64,000 nt of DNA from Escherichia phage AV101. The DNA lies in sequence record OQ973471.1; one strand, given 5' to 3'. Positions within the stretch are counted from its first letter, which is position 1. Each line of letters opens with the position of its first letter. The notes beneath the pieces are model-generated. The model saw only the letters and a program-made list of their open reading frames with translations, did not search any database and was not told where the DNA came from. The position numbers and the translations under genes are program-made. This document shows, one piece after another, positions 1 to 10,360 of this stretch.

Positions 1-498
1 GGCGCGGGTATTGCCCTGCACATCGGCAACAACTTCCCAGCGCTGCGCGAAGTCGATGCGAACGACCCTCGTGGTCCAGAGCAACGCCTGGGTGGCATGT
101 CCTATGCATTTGACCACAGCACTGGTGTCTGGGGTGCGAACCTCTACACTCAGTTTTATCCAGGTCCGAACGCTCGCATGCCGTCTGTCATCAGTTCTGT
201 TCAGACCCTGTTTGAGCAGGTGCATGAAATTGTGGAAGCAACTAAAGACGAAACTGTCTATGTCGGCCTGCCTGCTATCGGCTGTGGCATTGGTGGCCTG
301 AACCTCTACAGTGTAGTGCGCCATATCAATCGAATCTCTGAAAGCGTGTATGAAGAGACCCGCCGTCGTGTCGTCCCAGTCTTCTATATCAGGGAAGGAG
401 ACGGGTTCGATGATGATCTGATGGAACTTTCTCATCTGGACACAGAAAGTATCATGATTGTCGAAGATGAGCAAGAAATCATCGACGAGGAGGGGTGA
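1..498 (+). CDS. macro-domain-like protein (ADP-ribose binding/hydrolase family), 5' end outside window
   Basis: Frame 1 is open from position 1 (the ORF track's 97..498 is its internal-Met part); motifs GAGIALHIG and VGLPAIGCGIGGL resemble macro-domain glycine loops; acidic C-terminal tail. Confidence 0.35.
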   Translation, partial: GAGIALHIGNNFPALREVDANDPRGPEQRLGGMSYAFDHSTGVWGANLYTQFYPGPNARMPSVISSVQTLFEQVHEIVEATKDETVYVGLPAIGCGIGGLNLYSVVRHINRISESVYEETRRRVVPVFYIREGDGFDDDLMELSHLDTESIMIVEDEQEIIDEEG

Positions 499-501
499 AT
501 A

Positions 502-753
502 ATGATATGCGCGTTTGATCAAGAATTTTATAAAAAGGTCAATATTCTAAAACTTGTCATGTCTGGAACTAGTTCGAAAGAAGTATCAGAAATTTATTGT
601 ATTTCACAGGCCAGGGTGAGCCAGATTTTGAGGGAAACTATAGGGTTACTTTGCCCAGAGATAGAAATTAAGCGCGTCAACAAAAAGTTCATTGATGAAA
701 ATTATTATACAGTAAAAGCCAAAATAAAGTGTTGGGAGAATAAGCATGTATAA
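502..753 (+). CDS. small helix-turn-helix protein
   Basis: ATG at 502 with GAGGAGG RBS; SEIYCISQARVSQILRE resembles sigma region-4/HTH. Confidence 0.4.
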   Translation: MICAFDQEFYKKVNILKLVMSGTSSKEVSEIYCISQARVSQILRETIGLLCPEIEIKRVNKKFIDENYYTVKAKIKCWENKHV

Positions 754-1378
754 ATCAAATTTTTTGGCTGTGGCTGACAGTGAAACCTTGGGGCGCTGGG
801 ATGATGCAGTCATGCTGTCTTGGGCACACACCATCGCTGACTTGACCAAGCGTTATACTCTTCAGCAGCTGGTTGAGGAGCGCACGACGTTCATTAAGCT
901 GAATGTCAAAGAGCAGATCGAACTCGGTCGCGTGAAGGACCAGGGGACGGTAGAATGGTGGTTGGGGGCGGGCAAGCGCAACCCGTGTGATGCGGCTCGC
1001 GCCGTCAGTCTGTATCCCAAGGAAGATGACATCTCTATCTTCCAGCTGGCCGATGAAATCCGCAAGGGTTGTCATCGTCTTGGGGTAGACCCGCGCTCGG
1101 TTGACTGGTGTGACCGTAACTTGTTCGATCTGCGCAAGGCTCAACACATCATTGAGGTGACGTGTAAGCAGGACTCCAACGAGCCATGGGATTACCACCA
1201 CACGTTCGACATCGTGAGCTGGCTGAAGGGTGTCGGACAACAGGATCGCTACGCTGGCATCAAGGCGTGGGAACTGGAAGGTATGGTCTATCATGACCCT
1301 CGTTATGATGCGGCGCTTGACTGGCTGCGTATTCAGAAGACCATGGAAGATCTGATGGGGCTGGAGGTTGTGGGATGA
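746..1378 (+). CDS. dexA: DnaQ-like 3'-5' exonuclease (T4 DexA-like)
   Basis: N-terminal AVADSETLG (Exo I DxE) and C-terminal HDPRYDAALD (Exo III) motifs; size 210 aa. Confidence 0.55.
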   Translation: MYKSNFLAVADSETLGRWDDAVMLSWAHTIADLTKRYTLQQLVEERTTFIKLNVKEQIELGRVKDQGTVEWWLGAGKRNPCDAARAVSLYPKEDDISIFQLADEIRKGCHRLGVDPRSVDWCDRNLFDLRKAQHIIEVTCKQDSNEPWDYHHTFDIVSWLKGVGQQDRYAGIKAWELEGMVYHDPRYDAALDWLRIQKTMEDLMGLEVVG

Positions 1379-1677
1379 TTGTATTCACTGTCATCGGTGT
1401 GATCGTAACAGCTGGGGTGTTCGCAGCCATATTGGGCTACCTGTACTTCATGTTCCTTCATCCGTTATTTCAGGCGTTCAGTCTCACGAATTGGTACTTG
1501 GCCTGCCTAAAGGCCGACGGCGGCGTGAACATGGCCTCTCTTCCTTACTGGCGGCTGGTGGCGCATTACTACTCGGTCGGTGGCTGGCCTGGGGAAAGGA
1601 CATGGAACTCTATCGGTGAGTGGTATGGAATAGGTCGATGGCGTATATTCCCTGATGAAGACGATCAAGCCCCGTGA
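1375..1677 (+). CDS. small membrane protein
   Basis: ATGA overlap with upstream stop; N-terminal hydrophobic helix IVFTVIGVIVTAGVFAAILGYLYF. Confidence 0.45.
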   Translation: MIVFTVIGVIVTAGVFAAILGYLYFMFLHPLFQAFSLTNWYLACLKADGGVNMASLPYWRLVAHYYSVGGWPGERTWNSIGEWYGIGRWRIFPDEDDQAP

Positions 1678-1740
1678 GGGGCTTTTCTATATCCGGGATA
1701 GAGTATCATTGTTCACCAACGAATCCTCGGGAGAGGCGAT

Positions 1741-2082
1741 ATGAAACGTTCGGTTGTTGTAAATGACATCACGAGATTGATAAACCTTGTCAAAGATGTG
1801 TTTCCACAACAGGTGGATGTCGAGTACGTGGGGAAGAACGGGAAGTGTTACCAGGTCGCTCTGTTGTTGAAGCACGTGTACCCTCAAGCAGAGATCCATT
1901 ACAGTCAGATTGAAGGTCATGTGTATACTCTGATTGATGGGCATTACTACGACATCGACGGCATCCACTTCAGTGTCCCACCGGACACGTGTTTGCTCGA
2001 ACACAACAGAGGTCACAAACCACATCGCTGGCATAAAGGGTTTGTGAACGTACCGATTTTAGAATGGTTGAGGAGACCATAA
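1741..2082 (+). CDS. hypothetical protein
   Basis: ORF 113 aa with GGAG-type RBS upstream; no recognisable motif. Confidence 0.4.
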   Translation: MKRSVVVNDITRLINLVKDVFPQQVDVEYVGKNGKCYQVALLLKHVYPQAEIHYSQIEGHVYTLIDGHYYDIDGIHFSVPPDTCLLEHNRGHKPHRWHKGFVNVPILEWLRRP

Positions 2083-2642
2083 TGGCAGGAATTGTAAAGT
2101 ATCTGGGCGACACCCACCTCGGACACAAGAAGATCTTCAAGCCCCGTGGGTTCGATACCCAAGAGACGCATGATGCTGCAGTCATCGACAGTATCTTTCA
2201 GGGGCTGAAGTCTCGAGACGTCCTTGAACTGGCTGGGGACATCTGCTTCATCGGGGCTGAGGGGTTCATTCGCCTGATGCGCGAGGGTGCCAAGCGGAAT
2301 ATTGATGAGTTCAAGCGCCGCCCGGTTCCCGATGACTGGCGACCGAACTTTATCATCAGGGTGGCACAAGGCAACCATGACAGATTCAAGATGTTGATGC
2401 AGCTGTATCAAGAGGGATGGATTAGATCCTTTGGTGCGATGTATGAGCGTGATACTCCAGTTGGTCGTGTATTGACCACTCACGTTCCTTATCAATTAGA
2501 CCGCTGGGTGTATAATATCCATGGTCATCTTCACGAAAATATTCGCGAAGAGCGCGAATACCTGAACTGCAGCTGGGAACAATTCAAGCGTCCTGTAACC
2601 CTGTCTGAGTTGTTATACACAAATTTAGGAATTGTGCTATGA
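2082..2642 (+). CDS. calcineurin-like metallophosphoesterase
   Basis: Motifs GDTHLGH, GNHD, GHLH; ATG at 2082 overlaps upstream stop (TAATG) with GAGGAG RBS. Confidence 0.65.
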   Translation: MAGIVKYLGDTHLGHKKIFKPRGFDTQETHDAAVIDSIFQGLKSRDVLELAGDICFIGAEGFIRLMREGAKRNIDEFKRRPVPDDWRPNFIIRVAQGNHDRFKMLMQLYQEGWIRSFGAMYERDTPVGRVLTTHVPYQLDRWVYNIHGHLHENIREEREYLNCSWEQFKRPVTLSELLYTNLGIVL

Positions 2643-2971
2643 AAATATTCTTTCCTGGTCAGAAAGTACCCGAAGAAATAGAAAAGGTCGAGTTATTTGG
2701 TTATAAAATCGGTGATCCGTTCCTGCGATTTTCTTCACCATGTATCGTGAAGCGCGATCATGAAGGGTATTATGTGCGCCCAATCATTCTCATGGGTTCT
2801 GTCATGACGCTGAGAGCCAAAACAGACTCCGTCGTTATTACCGGAAGTCCTAACATACCCAATGGGAAGACCACACTCAATGGAAAGCCTATCCTGTCGT
2901 CTTGGGCGTTAATTGGATTTCTGTCTATAATCTTGTTTTATCGTTACCTTACCGACTTGGGGATCTTATGA
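2639..2971 (+). CDS. hypothetical protein with C-terminal transmembrane segment
   Basis: ATGA overlap start; C-terminal [13 protein letters not shown] hydrophobic stretch. Confidence 0.4.
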   Translation: MKIFFPGQKVPEEIEKVELFGYKIGDPFLRFSSPCIVKRDHEGYYVRPIILMGSVMTLRAKTDSVVITGSPNIPNGKTTLNGKPILSSWALIGFLSIILFYRYLTDLGIL

Positions 2972-3297
2972 AAAAGCCACGCATCACAGGACATCAACTC
3001 TGCGTCCTTTTAGGAATGTTGAACTTTGAGAAAGGTCATTGCCGTTATGGTGAATGGTACTTTCATCCCAAATCCTGGACCAATGACAAGGGCAACACCG
3101 TCTGGACGTTCCGGGTATGCCCGAACGCTGGTGGTTTCACCTCCGTCAAAGGCAACCCCCGCACTGGGGCTTCCCTGTTGTCCAAAGGGTTAATTGAACC
3201 AGCTGGCTCAATGGTTCATGACGGTTCTTACGTGAACTGGCCGAACACTGAGGTGACGTTCTATCGCCTGACCGAACTCGGTAAATCTTATCTCTGA
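2968..3297 (+). CDS. hypothetical protein
   Basis: ATG at 2968 overlapping upstream stop (ATGA); track ORF 2902..3297 trimmed to this ATG. Confidence 0.4.
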   Translation: MKKPRITGHQLCVLLGMLNFEKGHCRYGEWYFHPKSWTNDKGNTVWTFRVCPNAGGFTSVKGNPRTGASLLSKGLIEPAGSMVHDGSYVNWPNTEVTFYRLTELGKSYL

Positions 3298-3367
3298 ATA
3301 AAGATTCAGCGGTTATTGAAGAAGGGGGAGTATATACTTCCCCTTAGTTTATTAAGAGGAACCGGAA

Positions 3368-3682
3368 ATGACCCCATTAAAAGAAATGTATGAGCGCCTG
3401 TCTGAACTACAGGCGAAGGAAAAGCGCTTCTCAGAAGAAGAGACAGAGCTGTCCGAGCTGAACACTTTGATCGCCACTCGTGAGAAGTACCTGCAGCGCT
3501 ACATTAATCACCCGCCGCGCATGGTAGACCGCGTCAGCACTATCATGGACCTGGATGAAGTTACTCCTGGCAAAGAAATCATTGTCAGGGAAGTCCACCA
3601 GATGGTCGCCATGGGTCAGATCTTTGGTCGTGCAGACCAAGACGACATGATCTTCCTCCTTGAAAAGAAACTGGTGATGTGA
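3368..3682 (+). CDS. hypothetical protein
   Basis: AAGAGGAA RBS before ATG 3368; 104 aa. Confidence 0.45.
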   Translation: MTPLKEMYERLSELQAKEKRFSEEETELSELNTLIATREKYLQRYINHPPRMVDRVSTIMDLDEVTPGKEIIVREVHQMVAMGQIFGRADQDDMIFLLEKKLVM

Positions 3683-4188
3683 TGGCTATCAAACCCCGTA
3701 TGTTGTTTGCGCATATGCGCTCGGCTCATGCATACGCTCTGTCCAGCTATGCACAACGCCTGAAGGTCGGCTGTGTTATCGTTGACCCGCGTGTTGACCA
3801 GCCCCTGTCTATCGGTTGGAACGGGACTGCTCCTGGCGCTCCTAATGTCTGTGAGAAGGAAGTAGACGGTCAACTGGTATCGGTGGGTGTTATCCACGCC
3901 GAGGAGAATGCTCTGAGCAAACTCCCCCAGCACACCGAAGACTGTTGTGGCCTGGTGATGTTTGTCACTCATAGTCCATGCCCAGAGTGCACCCGTCGTA
4001 TTATCGACAGTGGCAAGATCGCTAAAGTATTCTATGACCGACCATATCGTATCATAGACGGTATTATTGAAATGCTGGCTGCTGGGATTGAAGTATATCG
4101 CATGGTCGATCAGATTGTTGTAGTCCAGCATTCTGTGAAGAACGGCGAACTGGTATCCACCCCTGTTTTAGTGAACCCTGACAAATAA
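3682..4188 (+). CDS. cd: dCMP deaminase
   Basis: Zinc-deaminase motifs HAEENA and PCPEC; start ATG overlaps upstream stop (TGATG). Confidence 0.8.
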   Translation: MAIKPRMLFAHMRSAHAYALSSYAQRLKVGCVIVDPRVDQPLSIGWNGTAPGAPNVCEKEVDGQLVSVGVIHAEENALSKLPQHTEDCCGLVMFVTHSPCPECTRRIIDSGKIAKVFYDRPYRIIDGIIEMLAAGIEVYRMVDQIVVVQHSVKNGELVSTPVLVNPDK

Positions 4189-4198
4189 GGAATTTATC

Positions 4199-4606
4199 AT
4201 GCGTTATGTAGATCGTATGCTCGGCAAAGACGAGCACGTTATTGCCTTCACCCGCCCGACTTGGTGGAGCGGTTTTTGGATTTACGTTCTGGTTATTTTA
4301 ACGTTTATTCCAACATTTGGATTCAGCTTGTTATTTCTGATACCAACAATTTTAAATGTATTGACAACTGAATTCGCTGTGACTAACAAGCGCGTCATCG
4401 TCAAACGTGGTTTCATCCGTCGTGATGCTGATGAGTTGCGCATTGGTAAGGTGGAGACAGTGAAGGTTGATCAGTCCATCACAGGCCGCATCTTGGGCTT
4501 CTCAACAATCAGCGTGATCGGTACGGGTGGCACCCGCCTGCTGGCCAAGGGTTGTGCTGGTGGTAATGCTTTCCGTCAGAAGATCTACGATCACCTAGAA
4601 GACTGA
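4199..4606 (+). CDS. membrane protein with bacterial PH-like domain
   Basis: Two N-terminal hydrophobic helices followed by TNKRVIVKRGFIRRD...RILGFSTISVIGTGG pattern. Confidence 0.4.
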   Translation: MRYVDRMLGKDEHVIAFTRPTWWSGFWIYVLVILTFIPTFGFSLLFLIPTILNVLTTEFAVTNKRVIVKRGFIRRDADELRIGKVETVKVDQSITGRILGFSTISVIGTGGTRLLAKGCAGGNAFRQKIYDHLED

Positions 4607-4608
4607 TC

Positions 4609-4821
4609 ATGATCATTTCAGGTTACACCATCGATCTTTATTGTGAATGCTCAGATTGCAAGGCATGCAGTTGGGCTTGGGAAGAGCATCACCCCAAGTG
4701 CGGGTTCAAACAATACACTGGTGAGACTTGGGGTGAGTGTGTCAGGCAGGCTCGGGCTGATGGTTGGAAAATCGGGCGCGACAGACATACCTGTTACGCC
4801 CCTGGCCACAAGAGAAGTTAA
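4609..4821 (+). CDS. small Cys-rich protein
   Basis: 70 aa with CxC...CxxC...C..C pattern; no identified family. Confidence 0.35.
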   Translation: MIISGYTIDLYCECSDCKACSWAWEEHHPKCGFKQYTGETWGECVRQARADGWKIGRDRHTCYAPGHKRS

Positions 4822-5432
4822 GGTAAGAGCAGCCCATCATCCCGCTCCGTTGGGGCGGGTTTAATCTCCTTCCGCATCTGTTCCTTCAGCACCCTGACAC
4901 GTTCGGCATGTCGGCGATCTTGCATCTCCATATCCCGTTTCTTTTTCGACTTCAATTCGAACTGTTTACGAACATCCGGATCTTCACCTGGAACAAGATG
5001 CTCTTCAGTCCAGATAATGAACTTCCAGTTCTTCTTGGCACACAGTTCGCGGGTGGCCTCCCACTTGGCAGAATTGACCAACCAGGTTCGCATCGCATTG
5101 TTGAATGTCGACTCCTTCATGTTCGGAGTCTTCTTCGGCTGCTTGATCTGGTCTTTGGGCTTGATCTCAATGAGGGTGACCTGTAGTTCCTCTTGCCCTT
5201 CACGGCGCGTCCAGACCTTGAGGTCCATGAAGTAACGATGGGTGCGCCCGTCGACTGGGGAAATGTAAGGGATTACGGTCTCCTCACTAGACCACTTCAC
5301 TATCGCGGAGTTCATATCACAGAACTTGAAAGCCACCAACTCCAGCGAAGAGCGGAAGATGATGTTGTTCACATTCCCCTGATACTTCTTGGGATTAACC
5401 GGGGTGTACTTCCCCTGAAGATAGTTGCTCAT
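4818..5432 (-). CDS. head completion / DNA end protector family protein (gp4/gp2-like), tentative
   Basis: N-terminal KYxxVNPKKYQGNxNNIIFRSSLE...VIPYISPVDGRTHRYFMD pattern recalled from T4 gp4/gp2; ATG at 5432. Confidence 0.3.
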   Translation of the reverse strand: MSNYLQGKYTPVNPKKYQGNVNNIIFRSSLELVAFKFCDMNSAIVKWSSEETVIPYISPVDGRTHRYFMDLKVWTRREGQEELQVTLIEIKPKDQIKQPKKTPNMKESTFNNAMRTWLVNSAKWEATRELCAKKNWKFIIWTEEHLVPGEDPDVRKQFELKSKKKRDMEMQDRRHAERVRVLKEQMRKEIKPAPTERDDGLLLP

Positions 5433-5482
5433 AATCTAGTCCTAAATAGCCATAACACTCTATCTATTTAAGGGCTGAGACC

Positions 5483-6451
5483 ATGGCCGACTTCAAGAAG
5501 ACAATCGATAAGATCAAGGTTCTGAACACGAAGGGATTGTCCCAGGCTCAGAAGCAATTGTCTTATCCCCTGGACGTTACTGGGGGTAAAACCTTGGGAC
5601 ACTATGTCCTATTCAACATCAACCGCATCTCCGGTTCATCTTATGGCAACACGGCTACTCAGACTATCGAGAACCCAATACAGAACCCTCTGGGGAATAC
5701 TCCTGTGGTCTATGGGTCCAAGTCTGGTTCCATCACCAAATATGCATGGGCGCGTCACGTTCGTTCAAACGAATCTATTGTTCTGTGTATGCCGGAGTCC
5801 ATTACAACCAACTATGGCGTTGGCTGGAACGGTAGCGAGCTGGGGCTGGCTGGTATGGGGGCACAGTTCCTTTCCCGCGCCGCCCAAGACATGACTCAGT
5901 TTAAACTGGGTGATGCGCTCAACGTCGGGAAGGAGATGGGGCGATTCGCTGCCACCAAGGCTATCCAATCTGCGTCGGAGGCTATTCCATTCCTGCCGAG
6001 CATTAACGCCCATGACACCCTTGAGTTGTTCACAGGCACCATGACCAACCCATATGTGGAGATGATCTTCCAGGGTGTACGCAACCGTGAGATTCCATTT
6101 ACATTCAAATTCACGCCGCGATCTCAGAAGGAAGCCAAGATGGTCCGTGAGATCATCCGCATGTTCAAGATGCACATGTACCCAGAGTACAAGTACAACA
6201 AGAACTCCAGTGCCTTCTATCTGCATCCATCGACCTTTGATATCACGTTCATGGTCAATGGTGAGCGTAACCAATGGCTCCACCGCATCTCCACCTGCGT
6301 GCTGTCCAACATGTTCGTCAACGAAACGCCGGACAGTTCATATGCAGTACACAAGGATGATGGGATCGTGTCTACACAGGTTGACATGACCTTCATCGAA
6401 CTGGAGCCTCTGCATAAAGGGCGCTTTGAAACCGAAGGCGATAGCTTCTAA
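5483..6451 (+). CDS. baseplate/tail-tube-associated structural protein (gp48-like, tentative)
   Basis: 322 aa; beta-rich C-terminus typical of tube-fold proteins; CTAAATA-like motif upstream; precedes tape-measure-like gene. Confidence 0.35.
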   Translation: MADFKKTIDKIKVLNTKGLSQAQKQLSYPLDVTGGKTLGHYVLFNINRISGSSYGNTATQTIENPIQNPLGNTPVVYGSKSGSITKYAWARHVRSNESIVLCMPESITTNYGVGWNGSELGLAGMGAQFLSRAAQDMTQFKLGDALNVGKEMGRFAATKAIQSASEAIPFLPSINAHDTLELFTGTMTNPYVEMIFQGVRNREIPFTFKFTPRSQKEAKMVREIIRMFKMHMYPEYKYNKNSSAFYLHPSTFDITFMVNGERNQWLHRISTCVLSNMFVNETPDSSYAVHKDDGIVSTQVDMTFIELEPLHKGRFETEGDSF

Positions 6452-6462
6452 GAGAGGATGCC

Positions 6463-7017
6463 ATGAAATATTTTGAGAAGTTTCCACTTGTTTGGCATCA
6501 ATTGCAAGATGTCCAAGAGAATGATCAGGTGCTGTTACAGAACTTAACGCGCCGGGTGATGATCTTACAGAAAATTAAGGACATCGAAGGGCTTCTCCTG
6601 CCGTATACGATCCAAGAGGGGGAAACCCCAAGGTCTTTTGCAGAACGCGTTTACGGATCCTTCGAGTTGTTTTGGATACCTTGTCTGATAAATGGCATCA
6701 TGGACATCAATAAGGACTGGCCGAAACCGGAACGCCGTATTATTGAAGAACTGACTGCAGATTATGGCATCGATGGTATGTGGGATACAGCCTATTATGT
6801 CGACCAGTTCAACAATGTGACCGACGCCCGTGCTATCAAATTTGCATATAACCTAGACCTGGATGAGCCGTCCATAATTGCTAACTATGGTCTGACGGCA
6901 GTTTCATACCATGATGATGCAATCAGTAAGAATGAAGCCAAACGGAACATCCAAGTACTCGACCCAGATTATGTGTCTTCGTTTGTCAATCAGCTGGAGC
7001 AGGAGTTGGCGAAATGA
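6463..7017 (+). CDS. structural-module protein, function unknown
   Basis: RBS GAGAGGA upstream; coupled to the following gene (ATGA overlap). Confidence 0.35.
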   Translation: MKYFEKFPLVWHQLQDVQENDQVLLQNLTRRVMILQKIKDIEGLLLPYTIQEGETPRSFAERVYGSFELFWIPCLINGIMDINKDWPKPERRIIEELTADYGIDGMWDTAYYVDQFNNVTDARAIKFAYNLDLDEPSIIANYGLTAVSYHDDAISKNEAKRNIQVLDPDYVSSFVNQLEQELAK

Positions 7018-8402
7018 TCGAAAACAGAGAGACCCAAGACGGTATTGTAACACCGTCAACAACATTTGACCTGAAGTATATGGCGATCCTCCCTCATACG
7101 CCCCAGGGTGGATCACCAACGCCATATGACCTGACGGCGTTGTTTGAGGAGTTCAACGTCTTCCAGGATCTGGGTCTTGAAGGGAAGTCATCTCCATCAC
7201 TTACAGCCAATGTCTTGATAAAAGAGGGGTGGGACATTCTTGACACAATGCCTATCTTGGGTGGTGAAGAAGTTGTGGTGTCATTCAAGAGTCCGGCAGC
7301 CTCGGAATACACCACTCTCTCCCTGCGCGTAGCGCGTGTTGGGCGCGTAGCTGATGAGTCCAACAGCTCGTCCAAGAAAGCATTCTGGTTGCACATGGTG
7401 ACCACCGATGCCTATAAGGACAGCATGATCCGATGCTCCCTCGGTCTTGACGGTTCGTATTCTGACATGGCGAAGACAATCTTCAATCAGCTGGAGTCGC
7501 GCACCAAGTTCGAAGACATCGACCCGTCGTATGGAATTCAAGAGCGGTTCGCCACCCCGCTCTGGCCTGTGCTGCGATCTATTGATTATATGGCGAGCCG
7601 TTCTTATGACGAATTGTTCATGCCATTCGTGTTCTATGAAGACTTCAATGGCTATCACTTCAAGAGCCTGACGACGTTGTTCAACCAGGGCAGCCAGTCA
7701 TTGACAGCAGAAGAGAAGCAGGAACTAGCTCAGCAGAACAAGTTGTTCCGTGATCCTCAGGACGCGCCGCTCATGCAGGATAACAACTTCAACTCTGAGC
7801 GCTTTATGCGCACGATCATCAAGGCAGAGAAGAAGCTGGCGCGTGACCAGTTCATGGCAAACTACCGCGATGTCCTGGCGGTGAACGAGCGCGTCTACGA
7901 CTTTGAGACCAAGACAGTCACCCCAACACAGCGCGTCTACACTGAGTGGTTTGCAGAGACGGCTCACCTTGATCCGTTCCCGATGTTCTCAGATGAATTC
8001 AATCGTCAGAACGTCCGTTACATTGAAGCCCAGCCGGATGGAGCGGAGCAGATTGATTATGCTCGTCGTGTTATCAACTTCAGTCTTGCCAGCACTGTGA
8101 TGCGCGTGTTGCTCGTTGGTGATAACCGCCTGAACGTCGGTCAGGTGTTCTACGTTGAAGACCAGTCCAACCGTCCTAAGAAGAACGAAAACCTGGCAGA
8201 GTTAAGTAAGCTATCGACAGGCCACTATATCGTGACCAAAGTGCGTCACAAGATTTCCCGCCTGACCAAAGATTATCAGTGCATCGCTGAGATTGCCAAG
8301 GACAGTTTGCTGGAGCAGGTGCTTCCACCTCAGACCAATCAGACAACTGCTTCCACCACTACTCCTCAGGCGATTGAGAAAGGCCAAGCACAGAAGGTTT
8401 AA
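7014..8402 (+). CDS. putative baseplate hub protein (gp27-like, tentative)
   Basis: 462 aa; position between structural genes and upstream of tape-measure-like gene. Confidence 0.3.
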   Translation: MIENRETQDGIVTPSTTFDLKYMAILPHTPQGGSPTPYDLTALFEEFNVFQDLGLEGKSSPSLTANVLIKEGWDILDTMPILGGEEVVVSFKSPAASEYTTLSLRVARVGRVADESNSSSKKAFWLHMVTTDAYKDSMIRCSLGLDGSYSDMAKTIFNQLESRTKFEDIDPSYGIQERFATPLWPVLRSIDYMASRSYDELFMPFVFYEDFNGYHFKSLTTLFNQGSQSLTAEEKQELAQQNKLFRDPQDAPLMQDNNFNSERFMRTIIKAEKKLARDQFMANYRDVLAVNERVYDFETKTVTPTQRVYTEWFAETAHLDPFPMFSDEFNRQNVRYIEAQPDGAEQIDYARRVINFSLASTVMRVLLVGDNRLNVGQVFYVEDQSNRPKKNENLAELSKLSTGHYIVTKVRHKISRLTKDYQCIAEIAKDSLLEQVLPPQTNQTTASTTTPQAIEKGQAQKV

Positions 8403-8413
8403 CGAGGTGACCC

Positions 8414-10360
8414 ATGGCACAGGAAGCAACGAACAATGATGTTGTCAAAGTTCTAGACAAGATCAAGGCGGAGATGATGCAGCGCAAACAACTCCGTGCT
8501 CAGAATGAAACCAACAGACAGCTTGACCGGATGAACAAGAATCTGGCCAAGCTGGAATCTGCCACTAAACAGGGCACCAAGGCCGAGTCCAAGCCATTTG
8601 AAATCCGTATCCCGACAGTCAATGAGATCGTCATGGGATTCGCTCGCATGTCTCCGATCTTCACCCGCGACTTCAGCGTATGGATGAAGGATACTGTCGA
8701 TGTGGGTAACGAAGGCAATCGGGAACTGGAGAATATCGCAGGCAAGATTGACCGCCTCGGTGAGATCACCCGCATGCCAACAGATGACACGTCCCTGGAG
8801 TATCTTAACCTGATCTCAGACCAGCTGAAGTCTGCCAATGATGACACCCTCAAGCGCATGGACGAGCAGAGCGTGTCTCTGGTCCGCGTAGGATCATTCT
8901 TGAACATGATCGACGGAGTGATGATCGAGGTTCGTGACGATGTTGCTGAACTGAAAAAGAACTCCGATGACAACCTTACTCGCTTGTCTAGCATTGAAAA
9001 CAAGATTGGGCGCACGGGCGGTCATATCGTTGGAGTTCTGACACGCATCTTTGATGAAGACCAGAAGTGGCGTGAGAAGGACGAGATGCGCCGTGGGGAA
9101 ACCGACAAAGAAACGGGTGGTCACCCTCAGGCGGGTTCTGTTATACCCAAAGACGATGACCAGAAAGACGATTCCTCCGGTATCGGGGCTGCTGTGGCGG
9201 CCATGCTTGGCCTGAATGCACTGAAGGGCTTCTTGCTCAAGCCGTTCAAGATCATCGGTGGTGTTGTCGGGACTTTCCTCGGCATGTTCTCCAAGCTGGG
9301 AGAAGGTATCACCAAACTTCTGGGTCCATTTGGGAAGGTGTTCAAGTTCCTGAAAGTCGGCCCACTGGCTCTCCTGTCTATGATCTGGGACTTCGGTAAA
9401 GGCTTCATTGATGCGAAGGAGATCCTGGGTAAAGGTGCTGTCACGATAGTTGACCGAGTACGGGCGGGGATATCAGAACTGGTTGGTGGATTTGGTGATC
9501 TATTTGACTGGGTGTCCAAGATCTTTGGCTTTGATACCAAGGCGGGAGAAACCCTGCGCAAATACACCCTCATGATCACTGAGGCTCCCGCTCGTTGGCT
9601 GAATGGTATTATCGACTGGATTAGCAACGACTTGTTTGCAGGGATCGGGAGAGACACGTCTCTTACGGATATCCCTGGCAAGTTAGCAGACAACCTACAG
9701 TCCGAGTTGATGAAGCTGGTAGACTGGATCACAGGGGGTATCAGTAGTGTGATCGACGAGGGCATGGGTGTGGCCAACAAGGTTATTGACGAAATCAAGA
9801 AGGGATTTGCCGAAAATGTGAAGAAACCTTTCTTCAACATGCTGAACACAATCACCAATGCGATGTTCGATATCGTTGACAAGTTCGTCAGCATCATCCC
9901 TGACGCTCTGGGTGGACAGGCTGCGAAGCAGAAGATGGATGAGGCTCGCCAGTCTATGCTGATTGACACTGATGAGAATCCGTCTCCTAATGTGACAGAG
10001 ACCCAGCAGCCACAGACGCCAGCACAACCGAACGTTGATCCACAAACGCTGACTCCAATACCTTCTGGTGTGTCTTCAGATTACAAGAATATGACTAATG
10101 ACCGCACCTCTCAGCTGAAAGCCGCGTATGGTTCTATCGGGGGTGGTACTCTGGGCGGGGCCATGCCATCACAAGGGAGGGCGCTGTCTAATATCGAGCA
10201 AGTACAAGGCGGCTATTCACCGCCTCCAGCCAGCGTCGTGATGCCAGTACAGCAGAATGTGGATGCTTCTAAGAGGATCAACACGACCAATAACTTCAAC
10301 AGCTCATCTCTTGAGCCTGAGAACAAAACAGATAATTCCCGCATCCTGTGGGAATGGTAA
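8414..10360 (+). CDS. tail tape-measure-like protein (gp29-like)
   Basis: 648 aa; N-terminal coiled coil, central Gly/hydrophobic repeats (GGVVGTFLGMF, FGKVFKFLKVGPLALL), Gln/Pro-rich C-terminus. Confidence 0.5.
   Translation: MAQEATNNDVVKVLDKIKAEMMQRKQLRAQNETNRQLDRMNKNLAKLESATKQGTKAESKPFEIRIPTVNEIVMGFARMSPIFTRDFSVWMKDTVDVGNEGNRELENIAGKIDRLGEITRMPTDDTSLEYLNLISDQLKSANDDTLKRMDEQSVSLVRVGSFLNMIDGVMIEVRDDVAELKKNSDDNLTRLSSIENKIGRTGGHIVGVLTRIFDEDQKWREKDEMRRGETDKETGGHPQAGSVIPKDDDQKDDSSGIGAAVAAMLGLNALKGFLLKPFKIIGGVVGTFLGMFSKLGEGITKLLGPFGKVFKFLKVGPLALLSMIWDFGKGFIDAKEILGKGAVTIVDRVRAGISELVGGFGDLFDWVSKIFGFDTKAGETLRKYTLMITEAPARWLNGIIDWISNDLFAGIGRDTSLTDIPGKLADNLQSELMKLVDWITGGISSVIDEGMGVANKVIDEIKKGFAENVKKPFFNMLNTITNAMFDIVDKFVSIIPDALGGQAAKQKMDEARQSMLIDTDENPSPNVTETQQPQTPAQPNVDPQTLTPIPSGVSSDYKNMTNDRTSQLKAAYGSIGGGTLGGAMPSQGRALSNIEQVQGGYSPPPASVVMPVQQNVDASKRINTTNNFNSSSLEPENKTDNSRILWEW

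Noticed and set aside
9127-9969. 280-aa minus-strand ORF
   Set aside because: Antisense to the tape-measure-like gene; Ser/Pro-rich shadow frame.
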